Of a DNA stretch of 64,000 nt, positions 12,061-25,623 are shown one piece after another; positions within the stretch are counted from its first letter, which is position 1; every line of letters starts with the position of its first letter. A program made the translations under genes and the position numbers. This DNA is from Chara braunii. Lineage: Eukaryota; Plantae; Charophyceae. The stretch is from the NCBI GenBank assembly GCA_003427395.1, contig BFEA01000011.1, positions 6,907,096 to 6,971,095 of the forward strand, in the 5' to 3' direction. Below the pieces are notes generated by a model that saw nothing but the letters and a program-made list of their open reading frames with translations, ran no database searches and was not told the DNA's origin.

Positions 12061-14549
12061 GAATTCAGTACACATCAGCAGGTGATCTCATTGAACAGGG
12101 ATGGGACTACAGCAACTACAAGGCATCTCAAGGATGGCACTGCTCCTTTTGGACAACAGCAGCAAAGAAGAGCAGGTGATATCACTGATCAGGGATGGGA
12201 CTGCAGTAACTACAAGGCATCTCAAGGATGACACTGGTCCTTCTGGAAAATAGCAGCAACAAAGCGGGACATCGGTTTATACGGACTGCTGGCATATGGG
12301 CAACTGGCTCAGAAGGCTCTGTAGTTCTGCCCGCCAAAATCTTTCTTTTAGATGAGCCCGACAGCCTGCTGGTGTCACAAATACATGCTACCTCCTCTAC
12401 CTGCAATCATGATATCGCCAACGGGCCATTTCATTACTTACCATAGACTGGAAGGAAGGTTAGTATCACTGATTACAGTGCAAATCATGTTGGCAAAACT
12501 TCCTTTTTTAGCAAGACAACTCGGTAGTTTATAGGCATCAAAACGACTGTCGCCACAAAAGCGTGTTGGTTTTTTTTAGCTGTAGACATGTCAATGGGGC
12601 ATACCACCTCTCACTAAGGGAGATCTGATAGGCAGGCCACTCAGGCCATTGTGTACCTCTACTAAACGAACTTTATTTAGAACAGGTCAGATTGGTAGAG
12701 TGGTAGCTTGGCAACTTCATGTTCACACAAATGCATGATTGACCACATGATTAAGTACCATGTTCAGGGACGCTGGACCCGNNNNNNNNNNNNNNNNNNN
12801 NNNNNNNNNNNNNNNNNNNNNNNNNNNNNNNNNNNNNNNNNNNNNNNNNNNNNNNNNNNNNNNNNNNNNNNNNNNNNNNNNNNNNNNNNNNNNNNNNNNN
12901 NNNNNNNNNNNNNNNNNNNNNNNNNNNNNNNNNNNNNNNNNNNNNNGAAAAGGAAAGAAAAAAGAAACCTGCACAAGTCCATCAATCAATACATCAACGA
13001 GGTAAGTTCAGTTCAAGGCCAATCAAAGGCCTAGCTCATATCAGCACTTATCGGGACACATCATCCCGCTGTTCTTCTGGTTCCTCGTCAGTCTATCCTC
13101 AACAACTGCAGCAGTTCTCTCTTCAGTATGCCATATAGGCAGTGCTCTCGCCAGTATGCCACATAAGCAATCCTATCGACAGAATGTCACGTGGACAATG
13201 CTCTCGCCAGTATGCTAGTCCAGCACTGGTTCTGCCGTCCTCTTCAGCGCTCTTCAATCAGCACAGCATCTACTGGCGATTTATTCCCTCGTGGAAACCA
13301 ACCAGTGAGTGCCACATCAGCGCAGGCCTATGGTAAGAACCACTCTGCGTTTGCCACATCAGCAACCCTTTCAGAGAGAGACTATTCTGGCGATGCATTC
13401 CCTTGCAGGAACCAGCCAGTGAGTGCCGCATGGACACGAGCATATGGTTACAACCACTCTGCAAGTTCCACGTCAGCACTCTATTGGAGAGAGATCTTCA
13501 ACTTCTATCGCGCGATCTCGAGCAGCAAATAGGCGAGATGAGGTGACTTTCCTCCGATACCAAATTGTAATGGACCCAGTCTCGTCATCCAAACATGTCG
13601 CAGATACCGATGTCGTGCAATGTCCTGAGATAATCAATCCAACAAGTCCATCAAATTTCAAGTCATTGAAGTAAATGATTCCTCATTCCCAAGTGTAAAG
13701 TCTCAACGTCCACAGTACCCGGAAAAGGGAGGAGGGGGAGAATAAACAGTTGGAAGGAAAAGTGTGACACAGCAAACAAGTCCCTCTTCTCCTTCAGGCT
13801 CCCCGACATCTGCCATGTCAGCAATCTGTAATCAATGTGCCACGTCAGTAATCTGTGCTCAATGTGCCACGTCAGGACTCTGTACTCAGTATGACATGTG
13901 GATGATGTAGAACCAGCCTCTCGCAGATAAACGATCCTCCCACAGCAATCAGAATCGGCAGCAGCTCCTCTGAAGAAATCAGGTACGTACGCACGACAAC
14001 TCACATCACCCACACCCTCTCTCTCTCTCTCCTCAAGGTCGCGGCCTTGGCCGCCCTCTCCCTATCTGTACTATGGTGTCCAGCTGGCACCCATCCAGCA
14101 GCCTGGCGCCAGCACTCCCTCTAAAGTCTCACATGCAGTGTCGCAGCCGCAAGCAACTCACAAGACTGAATGCCCACGCAGTGGCAAGGTCAACTCGATC
14201 TAGTGTTGACTTGCCTGTTCAGGGTCAGTGTCGGTCCATGTGAGGGCCCTGATCATCCAATTTGTCCCAGTTTCGGTCTGAACAACTTGAGGCCTGAATC
14301 TTCCAGAATCTGCAGACCACTGTTAGATCATCCCAGATCGACGGCCAGGAAATCTTAAGTGGTGGCTTCGACTTCTCGGATCTGGGCCTGGGTCCACGAG
14401 CTGACTGTTGACATTTTGGTCAACTGTCAGTCTGGGCCATTTTCAAGGCATGTTTGACCTTTCTTTTTCCAGGCCTGCCCATTCGTGCTTGTCTGCGGGC
14501 GCGACAAGAGCCCAGTGGCTCAATTTGGCACACGAGGTACAGCAAGACA
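12061..14549 (-). mobile_element. Truncated LTR-retrotransposon remnant (5' LTR about 14549 to 13566, PBS, decayed internal sequence)
   Basis: Minus strand reads ...ccattaca-att-TGGTATCGGAGG (PBS 13551-13562). 27-bp tandem repeats at about 13810-13895; duplications at about 12075-12240 and 13270-13480. No recognisable ORF; outer boundaries uncertain. Confidence 0.55.
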
Positions 14550-14718
14550 AAGCTTTGGACGTGAAATGCAATTGTATACATTCTTGGAAGAGGTAGTGTG
14601 AGGGTGTCTCAGCCCCGTGGCCAGGTTGTCAGATTCCAGAAGGACAAAGATGGAAAAAAGAAGGGAGGGGAGGGGTAGAGGGAGGAGCAATGGAAGAGAG
14701 AGAGAGAGGGGTATATAT

Positions 14719-17329
14719 CTGGGTTAGGCCGACGCCCGGTCCAGACAGACCGGGCCTGACGGACCGGGCCAGACGGACTGTGGGGGGTTCCGTCCGGCAA
14801 AACCAGACGAGCCAAAAAACGTCCCAGATTTTTTTTTTTTTTTTTTGAAGATGGAGTTGGAGTGCGCTCACTGAGAGGAGCCCGAATCCACAGAGAAACT
14901 TGTGAAAGGCATGTGTGTGTTGGGGGGGGAGGAAGTTTGAGGGGAGGGGGGAGGGGGGGGTTGACAAGGGGGTAAAAGGGTCCATTGCGGGCGTGGGGTC
15001 TTTGGGAATCTGCAGCTTGTCCTGCCTCGCCTTGTCCTGTGGAACGAACAGCGAAGGGTCCATTGCCGGCGTGAGGTCTTTCGAGGTCACTGCCGATGCG
15101 GGTGTGGTGGAGGTGCTTGCAACTTTTCCGTTTCCTTTGTCTGCTGCCGTTTTGCCTCTCGTCTTTCCAGACCCGCCACTCCCCCCTCCAATGTCGCTGC
15201 CACCGCCCGCCATTGGACGAAGAAGAAGATGATGAAAGGAGGAGGAAGAAGAGGAAGATCAAGAAAGGAGGTAGAAGAAGATGATGAAAGGAGGAGGAGG
15301 AGGAGGAGGAGGAGAGAAGGACAAGACGAAAGGAGGAGTAGTAGGAGGAGAGAAGGACAAGACGAAAGGAGGAGGAGGAGGAGGAGGAGAGAAGGACGAG
15401 ACGAAAGGAAGAGGAGGAGAGAAGAAAAAAAAGACTAGAGGAGGAAAGAAGAAGAAGACGAAAGGAGGAGTAGGAGAGAAGAAAAAAAAGACGAGAGGAG
15501 GAAAGAAGAAGACGAGAGGAGGAGGAGAGAAGAAGAAGAAGACGAGGCAGTTCTCAGCGCACTCTCCCGACACTTGTGAAAGAAAACCGATGAAATTGGG
15601 AGGCGGAGAAAGGAGGAGGCGGAGAGAAGAAGACGAAAGGAGGAGGAGGAGGAGGAGGAGGAGGAGGAGAGAAGAAAAAGGAGGAGGAGGAGGAGGAGGA
15701 GGAGGAGAGAAGAAAAAGAAGACGAGAGGAGGAGGAGAGGAGGAGAAGGACCTNNNNNNNNNNNNNNNNNNNNNNNNNNNNNNNNNNNNNNNNNNNNNNN
15801 NNNNNNNNNNNNNNNNNNNNNNNNNNNNNNNNNNNNNNNNNNNNNNNNNNNNNNNNNNNNNNNNNNNNNNNNNNNNNNNNNNNNNNNNNNNNNNNNNNNN
15901 NNNNNNNNNNNNNNNNNNNNNNNNNNNNNNNNNNNNNNNNNNNNNNNNNNNNNNNNNNNNNNNNNNNNNNNNNNNNNNNNNNNNNNNNNNNNNNNNNNNN
16001 NNNNNNNNNNNNNNNNNNNNNNNNNNNNNNNNNNNNNNNNNNNNNNNNNNNNNNNNNNNNNNNNNNNNNNNNNNNNNNNNNNNNNNNNNNNNNNNNNNNN
16101 NNNNNNNNNNNNNNNNNNNNNNNNNNNNNNNNNNNNNNNNNNNNNNNNNNNNNNNNNNNNNNNNNNNNNNNNNNNNNNNNNNNNNNNNNNNNNNNNNNNN
16201 NNNNNNNNNNNNNNNNNNNNNNNNNNNNNNNNNNNNNNNNNNNNNNNNNNNNNNNNNNNNNNNNNNNNNNNNNNNNNNNNNNNNNNNNNNNNNNNNNNNN
16301 NNNNNNNNNNNNNNNNNNNNNNNNNNNNNNNNNNNNNNNNNNNNNNNNNNNNNNNNNNNNNNNNNNNNNNNNNNNNNNNNNNNNNNNNNNNNNNNNNNNN
16401 NNNNNNNNNNNNNNNNNNNNNNNNNNNNNNNNNNNNNNNNNNNNNNNNNNNNNNNNNNNNNNNNNNNNNNNNNNNNNNNNNNNNNNNNNNNNNNNNNNNN
16501 NNNNNNNNNNNNNNNNNNNNNNNNNNNNNNNNNNNNNNNNNNNNNNNNNNNNNNNNNNNNNNNNNNNNNNNNNNNNNNNNNNNNNNNNNNNNNNNNNNNN
16601 NNNNNNNNNNNNNNNNNNNNNNNNNNNNNNNNNNNNNNNNNNNNNNNNNNNNNNNNNNNNNNNNNNNNNNNNNNNNNNNNNNNNNNNNNNNNNNNNNNNN
16701 NNNNNNNNNNNNNNNNNNNNNNNNNNNGGAAGAAGAAGAAGAAGAGGAAGGAAGGAGGTGGACACCGATTCACCATGATGGCGACAGCAGCTTGACGGCC
16801 GGCGAAGACGGGGAGGGCGGCTCAACGGGGCACAGCTCGATGGGGAGCGACGACGGCAGCTCGACAAAGGCGGGCGGGCTTCGAGACGACGAGCAGCGGC
16901 GACGACAGGCAGGCTTCGAGACTGCAGCGACAGCGGGCGGGCTTCGTGCCGGCAGCGAAGTGGAAAATACCGTGTACGAATTCGAACGCGGTGTCGTAGC
17001 CGACCAGGGGGGCGAAACGAGGTAGTTTGTTGGCGGCTGATCGCATCGTAGTCCGATCCCCCGCTCCCCCCCCCCCCAAAAAAAAAAAAAGAACTTACGA
17101 AGAAGGCCTTCCCCCCGCCTTACCGTCCTCTGAAAAACAAAACGTAAAGTTTTGAAGTGCTCCTGGGGGCCGGGGAGGCTGCCACTGGCCGAAAAAGGCC
17201 TCCCCCCCCCCCCACGCGAAATTGCGCTGGGCCCGCCCGGTGCCAAACCAGGGGACCCAACCGGCCGGGCCGCCCGGGACCCCTGCCGGACGAAGGCTGG
17301 GCCGCCCGGCGGCCCGGATTTTAACACAG
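14719..17329. mobile_element. Non-autonomous hAT-like DNA transposon (contains a gap of about 975 N)
   Basis: 8-bp TSD GTATATAT at 14711-14718 and 17330-17337; short imperfect TIR CTGGGTTA.../...TAACACAG; GC-rich CCGG/GACGG subterminal repeats at both ends. Confidence 0.7.
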
Positions 17330-17330
17330 G

Positions 17331-17363
<33 letters not shown>

Positions 17364-18201
17364 GGCCAGGCTACTTTGTCTTCTCTGTGAATAGTTGCCA
17401 GCAGAGAAGAATGCACATATGGTTAAATAGTACGAGTGCCTGCTCTAGAAAAGACCACATCAGCACCCGCTTTCACATTTCCCAGCGGAGCGCTGACCTC
17501 AACAAGCTGAAAGGGAGACACAGATTAATTGAAAGGCCCATTGATCCAGGAAACTTTATCCCATTTACAGAACTCAGATACAGAGAGAAGGGAGAGGTCC
17601 ACTTATACATGGGAGGAGAGTATTCGTTGACTTGCAAATACAACGAGGAAGACTCGGCTTTGAGAACCGATAGATGCCCTTCCAAGGACACTAGAAGAGG
17701 GCTAACAACCTCCAGCTAACTGCACTGCTGGTGCATCTACCAAAGAATGTGAACAAGAATTGAGACATGTTCATAACTTCCTGTAACTCAGGAGAGGTGG
17801 AAGAACAAGCAATACCCGCCTGGGGTAAGCAGTCGGAGCAGCAGACTGCCAGGAGAATGATGGCAAGATGATGGCTGGTTAAGACAGCAGCACCGAAGCA
17901 TGAAGGCAGCGTTGTGAAACTACTGTGTCCAGTTCGAGTTTTGCTGCTGATATGCATTGCAAGTCCGCCTACCAAGAGCATAAACAAAGGGGCAAGGGAG
18001 CAGCAAAGGAAGAATGCAAACAACTAAGACGCTAAAGAAAAACAACTGAAGGCGATGGCGTTCACGAAGCTGGAAAGTCGAGAGAATCCTTTGGCATGAC
18101 CACAGCCTGCCAAAGATGGCCGTGTCCAATTTCAATTTCAACAGCAGGTGAGAAGCAAATGGATCACAAAAGTAGGTTAACGGAAACATGCTATACATCA
18201 A

Positions 18202-19973
18202 TCAATGTTTCTGAGCGGAAAGCTCTGCGCTTCTGGGAATCTCCAGTGGCAAAAGTGGGCGACCAGGGACATCTGTGCAAGCTTGGCTAATGCCAGCTCC
18301 CTCACCCTCACCCTCACCATCTTCTCTGTTCTCAGCAGCCATCCACACATTCAGTGAGATGTCGTAGTCCTGGGAACCATTTAATACACTTGCGCTCAAC
18401 ACACTTCCACTCACTACACTTCCCCCGCTGTGAACGGCAAGAGCAGGGGTTGGCAAAGGGTGCGCAGGTGGTAACCCCGTGGACCGACCATTGTTCCATC
18501 CTCTGCCTTCTCCCACCAAAGGATCGTCCACCCTCAAACTTCGTCCTGAGCCCTGATCCAACCCACCAAGACTGTTCTGGCCAAAGGGATAGACATCGCC
18601 AAACAGTGTCCCTATAAGCTCTAGGGATACGCCTTTGGTCTCCGGAAGCAAAAAAAAGAAGAAAAGGGTGCCAAGGAAACTCAAAATAGCATATCCAAAG
18701 AATGTTCCCGCCGGCGTTATGGCATTGTTCAAGCTTAAGAAAGTCATCGCCACCACTCCACTCACGATGCGGTTGACGATAACGCCAAGCACCATTGCTT
18801 GCGCCCTCAAGCGAAGCGGAAAAACCTCCGAAGTAAGAACCCAGGTGATTGGCCCAAGGCCAATACTGAAAAATGACACAAAAGCACAGATACCTGCTAC
18901 CGCAACCGCAGCCGCAAATCGCAGCCCACTATGATACTCAGTGGGGGGCAGGGGCAGCGTGTTGTCTCTCGGGGCAGCGATTTTGTCGAGGGTAAGAAAG
19001 GCTACTCCTTCAATGATCAGACAGCAGGTAACTCCTATTGCACTCACCAGCATCATCGGCCGACGGCCACACCTGTCAAGGTATAGAACCGCAAGGCCAA
19101 TAAAAATGGTCTTCAGTCCACCAACAAGGACTGTAGCTGCAAGCAGACCATTCTTGTTAGGATCTACCCCCGCTTGAGCAAACACTGTGGGAGTATAGTA
19201 AACAACAGCATCAATACCGCATGCCATTTGGAAGAAGTTTGTTCCCAAGACAAGCAAAAGCATCTTGCGAACTGGCCCACTTGGCCTTAAGATCTCCTGC
19301 CATGCGCTGGCGATCCTCGATGATCTTCCTGCTGTCGTCACCTGACCCAATGATCCTAATCCTAGGTTTTCCTGTATGTCCTTCAATCTGGCCTCTGCAT
19401 CCTTGCCATCTCTGGATATCTTTGCTAAGATCTCCTCGGCCTCATTGATCCGGCGCCGCATTACAAGCCATCTTGGCGACTCTGGCAAAACAAGTGCCCC
19501 GCACCCAAGTGCAAAGGCAGGCGCCGCAGCTATTCCCAGCATCCATCTCCAGCCTGTGTCTATTGCCATTGAGGAGAACACGTAGCTTGATACATATCCG
19601 AGCAAGATGCCAACGTTGATTGAGACTTCGTTCACCGAAACTAACGAACCGCGTAGCCTTGGAGGTGATAATTCAGCCGTATACAATGGTGCTATGAGGA
19701 GGCCAACACCGGCCCCTATACCAGTGATGGTGCGCCCAACAAGAAGCATAGCGAATGACTGCGCAGCGCTCATCATTACTGCACCAGAAAGAAACGAAAT
19801 TGATGCTGCAACCATGGTTCGCCGCCGCCCTATCGCATCTGATAAAATTCCAGAGACGAGTGCGCCAACAACAGCCACCATGTTTAATGACCCTACAAGA
19901 ATCTCTTCCCTTGCCCTGTTGAGCTTCAATTCATCCTTTATGAACAGGACGGCACCACTCATCACTCCCAAAT
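18202..19973 (-). CDS. PLT: Terminal exon of an MFS sugar porter, polyol/monosaccharide transporter (PLT/PMT) subfamily
   Basis: 589 open codons with motifs (D)LGVMSGA, SDAIGRR, ELSPPRLRG, PESPRWL, DRCGRRP, SEVFPLRLRAQA and PETKG. Phase-1 acceptor ccgaccag|AT-TTG at 19974/19973 splits the Asp codon of the conserved GYD motif. The upstream exon was not found. Confidence 0.93.
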
Positions 19974-20281
19974 CTGGTCGGATACCATTGCAGAGCAGAC
20001 AAGACAGCCACCAAACACAGTACGAACGTCAGACAGAGAGTGCAGTTCCATTCACACAAAACAGGTCAACACAGGTTCAAGAACACAGTTTCGCAGCAAC
20101 TAGTGAGTGTACCATAGCTGTACATGCTGCAGATCTGTCGTCTTTTTTTTCAAGATTTCACTTGTTATTTTGAAAATTATTTGTTTGTCATCATTCGTTA
20201 CTGCAATTGACCTCGGGCGTAATTCTGCAATTGTCAATTGATCTCAGGAGTAATTCAGCAATTGAGCTCGGGCTCAGTCAG

Positions 20282-21683
20282 TGTAGCATAACGGTGCAGA
20301 CCAGAACAAGAACCGACCTCTCAATACAAAGTACAAGATAGCGTAGCGGAAGACTTAGATACCAATGATCCGAACAATCAATATTGCAATGCAGCCCCGA
20401 ACATTCATCATCATCATCATTCCATGGTGTGAAGAGGTCTGGCGCTCACACAGGAAGAATGCCCCAGCCCCAACCATACACAGATGAAGAAGCGGGGGGT
20501 TAGACGAAGAAGGGGAAGATGGGAATGTCGTCAACACCAAGTCTTCGGCACAGGCCCAAATAGTCCCTCGTCAAAATGTCTGAATCCCAATGTCAAGTCT
20601 GGATCCAATGTCGTGAAGTCTCAAGTCACAACTCTCTCTCTCTCTGTAGTAGTCCGCTGATACGGAGGAGGCAGGTGGTGAGAGGGGTAGAAGAGATGGA
20701 CTTAGAAGAGGAAGAAGAAGAACTCTCTCTCTCTCTCTCTNNNNNNNNNNNNNNNNNNNNNNNNNNNNNNNNNNNNNNNNNNNNNNNNNNNNNNNNNNNN
20801 NNNNNNNNNNNNNNNNNNNNNNNNNNNNNNNNNNNNNNNNNNNNNNNNNNNNNNNNNNNNNNNNNNNNNNNNNNNNNNNNNNNNNNNNNNNNNNGTACTA
20901 ACCTGTGAAGTTGGCGCCTTGATGCAGGTACCTCGAAGATGGAGCTGGAGATATGGCGCCACAGGTAAGTCTCGCTGGCCTCCGCCAGCCATCTCTCTCC
21001 CACACTACTACTACCAACTACTAGCGCCCAGTGCTGAAGACTACTGCTATGGCTACTACCACCCAGCGCTGAAGACTATTGCTAGCGCTAAGCTACTCCT
21101 GGCAGTGCTCCTCCTGAGTGCTGCGGCCAAATCCTGAAGACTACTCCTGCCTACTGGCCAACTACCTACCCGTGAAGTGCATAAGACTCCCTATGTACTA
21201 CAAGGCCTGCCTCCTGACTGCAGGCCGAGGCAGTCCAGGAGGCTGCTCTTGCCAATGCCGCAGGGAGTCAGGGGCTGCCGCTGCAGCTCCTGCTTGAGGC
21301 TGTCGTGGGAACAGGCTAAGGATAGCCTGTTCCCGAAACCCTGGTTTTGTGCCTGAGTGTTAGGGTAGGTCGATCTTATGAGGGCCCGAAAGTGGCCCTA
21401 CGTTTCAGGCTGAAAAGCCTCAGGGCTGAAAAGCCCTGTTTTAGGCTGAAACGACATAGGGCCTGCAGGCCCTCGTTTTTCAGTCTTTCAGGCTGNTTCA
21501 GGCTGAAAAGCCTCAGGGCTGAAAAGCCCTGTTTTAGGCTGAAACGACATAGGGCCTGCAGGCCCTCGTTTTTCAGTCTTTCAGGCTGAAACAACAGGGG
21601 CCTGTAAGCCCTTATTTCTAGGCTTTAAGGCTGAGAATGCGGGACGGGCCCTGCAGGCCCGTGTGGCTACGCAGTATGCCACC
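20282..21683 (-). repeat. 3' LTR (length inflated by an N gap and an artefactual duplication)
   Basis: Colinear with 28216-29441; purine tract adjacent. Confidence 0.95.
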
Positions 21684-21696
21684 CCCCCCTCCTCCT
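21684..21696 (-). promoter_or_regulatory. Polypurine tract (PPT)
   Basis: Minus strand GGAGGAGGGGGG(G) immediately before the 3' LTR. Confidence 0.85.
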
Positions 21697-21709
21697 TGAA
21701 AGACCGAGC

Positions 21710-24700
21710 TTACCTGCGAGGGCGAAGCTGTCTGTCTGAGGGAGGGACCACAGTCCCGGTGGGAGGGGCAGGTCGTGAAGTTCTCTGAGCTATCCTTTGT
21801 CGCTCATAGTGAGCGTAGATCAGCGGTGCGGATGCTTTCAAATCTGTTCCTGAAATCCACCGAGTGCCGTCGGGATCGCATGCTCTGAATGTAACCTTGT
21901 ACTGGCAAGGCTTGCTGCCATACTTGCGATCCGTGATGACGCGGTTAACCTCCTGATGACCATCCATAGATGGAGGGTCCTGCGATCGTCGACCCGGAAA
22001 GTCGTCGCTCTTAGCTGGTGTATATGTTGCCAGCTTCGAGGCGTGAAAGATTGGATGGACCGTCAGATGTGTCGGGATGTTGATCACAAATGAAGGGCCA
22101 TCGGGCTCATCACCCGCGGCTGATATTACGGGCCATGGTCCAAACCACTTGGGAAGCAGTTTGCATGAAACATCCTGTTCTAGTGCAAACTCTTCCGCGG
22201 AGACCCAAACCAGATCATTGGCGCGGATGGGACATGGCACGCGACGCCTGTTGGCTTGCTGCTGCACGCGGACTTGAGCCTTTTGCATGTTCGCGCGGGC
22301 TTGGGCCAGCCATTCCCTGTACTTCCGGACGGAAGCGGGAGAGCAAGCGGCGTCAATGTCGGCTGGTCGTGGGAGGAGAAGGTCGGCGAAGATATGGCCT
22401 TTCCGTCCACCGTGGTGCAACTCGAATGGAGTCACGCCGATCGCCGGGTGCACCGAAGTGTTGTAGGCGAACTCGATGTCGGGGAGGCGGTCAACCCAAT
22501 CTTTCTGGTCCGGACGGATGAGCGTACGAAGCATCATTTGAGCGGTTTGATGTGCCCGCTCCGTCTGCCCGTCCGTCTGTGGATGTCGAGCCGAACTTGG
22601 TTTCATCTTCGTGCCGGACTCCTGCATGAGAGAAGTCCAAAATGCCGACAGCCTATGTCTTCCAGTACACCGTGGCCACAAATCCAACCAGTGTGCAAGA
22701 GGCGTGCCAGCTCAGGAGCCGTGGAGTAGTACTTGCATGGGAGAAAACGCGCATACTTACTCAAACGGTCCACAACCGTGAGGATGCCGTCGTGCCCGAG
22801 GCGATCGCAGGGAAATGGTCCGGTGACATCCATGGCAATGGAGAGGCCGGGTTCCCGTGGGATAGGCATCGGGCGCAACTCGCCGTAGGGGTTGCGATTG
22901 CGGGGCTTGCTTCGTCGGCAAACTTTGCAACAGTCGCAATACCGACTGACATCGGTAATGAGATCGGGCCATCGGAATCGTTGTCGAAGCCGTGCAATGG
23001 TGCGGTTGACTCCGAAATGGCCGGCGAGTCGCGAGTCATGATACTCACCGAGAAGGCGAGTTCGAAGACGACGGTCTCGTGGGACACACAATAAGTCCTT
23101 GCCTCTCGAGTGGAGGAGCAAGTACCCGTCGGCAATGCGATAGTGGCTGGCCGGCGGGTGATCCGAAGATAGTTGCGCATGCAACGTGGCGAATTAGGGA
23201 TCCGACTCATATCCCCGGATGAAGTGTCGCTGAAGTTCCTCGTTGAATGCGAAGGCATGATGTGTCATAGCGCAAAGATCAGGTCTTCGCGAGAGTGCAT
23301 CTACTGTGCGATTGGAGAGGCCGGGAAGATGTTTCAGTGTGAAGTCAAATTGGTCGATGAAGTACATCCATCGTCCGATCGTGCTGCTCACCGTATCCTG
23401 CGTCTTGTAGTAAGTCAGTGGGTTGTTGTCCNTAACCCATGTGAACCTACGATGCCCAAGGAGGAAGTGCCGCCATCACTTGAGAGCCATTACGAACGCG
23501 AGCAGCTCCTTCCTTGCATCATCAAGCGACTTGATGGGAGACTCCACAAGGTGCCAGTCGTCGCCGTCGTGTTGTTCCAAGACTGCCCCAATACCATAGT
23601 CGGAAGCGTCAGTTGTCACTCTCGTAGGTAGGGTGGGGTCATAGATGCTAAGGACGGGTGCCATGAGCATTGTCGTCGTAAGTGCTTGGAATGACCGGCG
23701 TGCGTCGTCATCGAATACGAATGGCACCTTTGGCGATTGTAATCTCATCATAGGTGCAACAATCCTTGAGTATCCGGTGATGAATTGCTGATAGTAGCCC
23801 GCCACCCCCATGAATCAAAGAACGTCCGTGGTGTTGGTGGGCTCGGGCCATACGCGGAGGCCTTGCGGCGTCACATAATGTCCCAAGTACTCCATCTCCG
23901 GCCGCGCGAATTCGCATTTGCCGCGGTTGGCTTTGTATTTGGCTTGTCGCAGCCGCTCCAAAACGGTGCGCAGGTGTTCCACATGCTCGTCCAAACTCCG
24001 ACTGTACACCAGGATGTCGTCGAGGTAGATAAGTACGAATCGATCCAGCATGTGTCGGAACTCNGTNGTCATAGCCGCTTGGAAAGTGGTCGGGGCATTC
24101 GTAAGGCCAAACGGCATAACCAGCCATTCGAAATGCCCATATCGCATCTTAAACGTGGTCTTGTAGCGGTCCTCCTTCCGAATCTCGAGTTGGTGATATC
24201 CCGACTTAAGGTCCAACTTGGAGAAGAACTTGGCGCCGCCCAGCCGTTCGAGAAGGTCGTCGATGCGTGGAAGAGGGCCGACGTTTCTGATCGTTTGCGT
24301 GTTTAGCTTGCGATAATAGATGCACAACCACAAATCCTTGTTCTTCTTCCGGACGAAGAGAACAGGAGCACCGTATGGCGATGAGCTAGGCCGAATCCAG
24401 CCTTTCTCCAGAAGGTCGTCGAGTTGTGCCCGTAGCACACTTAACTCCTCCTCGCTCGTTCGATAGATGCAACCGCACGGAGGTACGGCCCCGTCCTCGA
24501 GGATGATCTCGTGGCAGATGGGCCGATCCGGTACTACTCCGTGCGGGCCTTCGAACACGTCGTCGTAGGCGTCGAGAAGCTCAGTGATGCGTGGGTCCGA
24601 AGATGAATCCATCGATGAAGCGTCATGGGGCGGGAGGGCATGGAGAAAACACACCCCCATCTCCTCGATGTTGTCTCTAATGATGGAAGCTCGCATGCTT

Positions 24701-25623
24701 GTGGCGGACACCACGTGGCAGTTGATCGAAGGGTGAGGAGGACCTACCGTGCATGGGACTAGTACTCCGTTCCGATCACGAACGTGAACGGTGCGGCGGT
24801 AGAAGTTCACCGGGTGATCCTCGCTTCGCAGCCATGACAGGCCCAAGATCATGTCGAATTTGGTGTCCAAAATATCGAAGGACACCGCCTCGCTTGCATG
24901 CGGGGCAAAGTACACGAGGACGTCGTCAATGCACCGATCTATTAACTTGTGCGTGTGACCGTCCGCCAACGTGACTTGCGTCGGCTGGGACTTCCTCTGG
25001 ACGCGTGGGCCAAGGCCGGCGCGCACCATAAAGTCCTGGCTCATGTAATTGCAAGATGCTCCGCAATCGATCAAAGCGCTGCAGGTCGCCTCTCCGATCT
25101 GAATGCGTACATATAACAATGGTGCGTCGATGTCGTCGTACCGTTGTGTCTTGAACTCGCGGTCGATCTTCGCAATGTAGGCTTGAAGGTCGACAACCTC
25201 TACTCCGACGTCCATCAACGGAGTTGGTACTGCAGTGTGCAAGTAATCCCGCAATTGTGCCATGAGCACGTTGCAATGCGGTTTCGGCAATCGACCAGAC
25301 CAGGGAAGGGGCATCCATTGGAAGTCCGCAAATGTCAACGGGTCGAGCTCTTCAAGTCTTGACCATGACGTTGAATCCCCGACGGTAGATGGTGGCGAAG
25401 CTGCCGAGTCGGTTGCCGATGGTGATGAAACCGTGCATGCGGTAGATTGTTGCACGTGGAGCGGTTGGTCCAACAGTGGGACCAAGTGGACAACATAATC
25501 CTCGTAAGTGAACCGAGGACTTACGACATTCGCATCCTCCCCAGGTGTGTAGGAGGCCGCTAGCAAGGCGGCCGAATCTGGCGGAGTGGGAGGTGGAGTG
25601 GCCTCACCTCCCGCGAAACTCAG
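21710..25623 (-). pseudogene. pol: pol (protease, RT, RNase H, integrase, chromodomain) with frameshifts, stops and small deletions
   Basis: ALIDCGAS; [24 protein letters not shown]; TTDASDYGIGAVL; HDSRLAGHFG..C..C; IAMDVTGP..VDRLSK; HPQTDGQTER; GPW; HQEVNRVITDRK..QYKVTF. Confidence 0.95.

Noticed and set aside
15229-16867. Gly/Lys-rich ORFs of about 500 aa
   Set aside because: Low-complexity (GGA/GAA)n plus about 975 N inside the hAT-like element.
21403-21589. 93-bp tandem duplication in the 3' LTR
   Set aside because: Identical copies separated by a single N and absent from the 5' LTR: a contig-overlap artefact.
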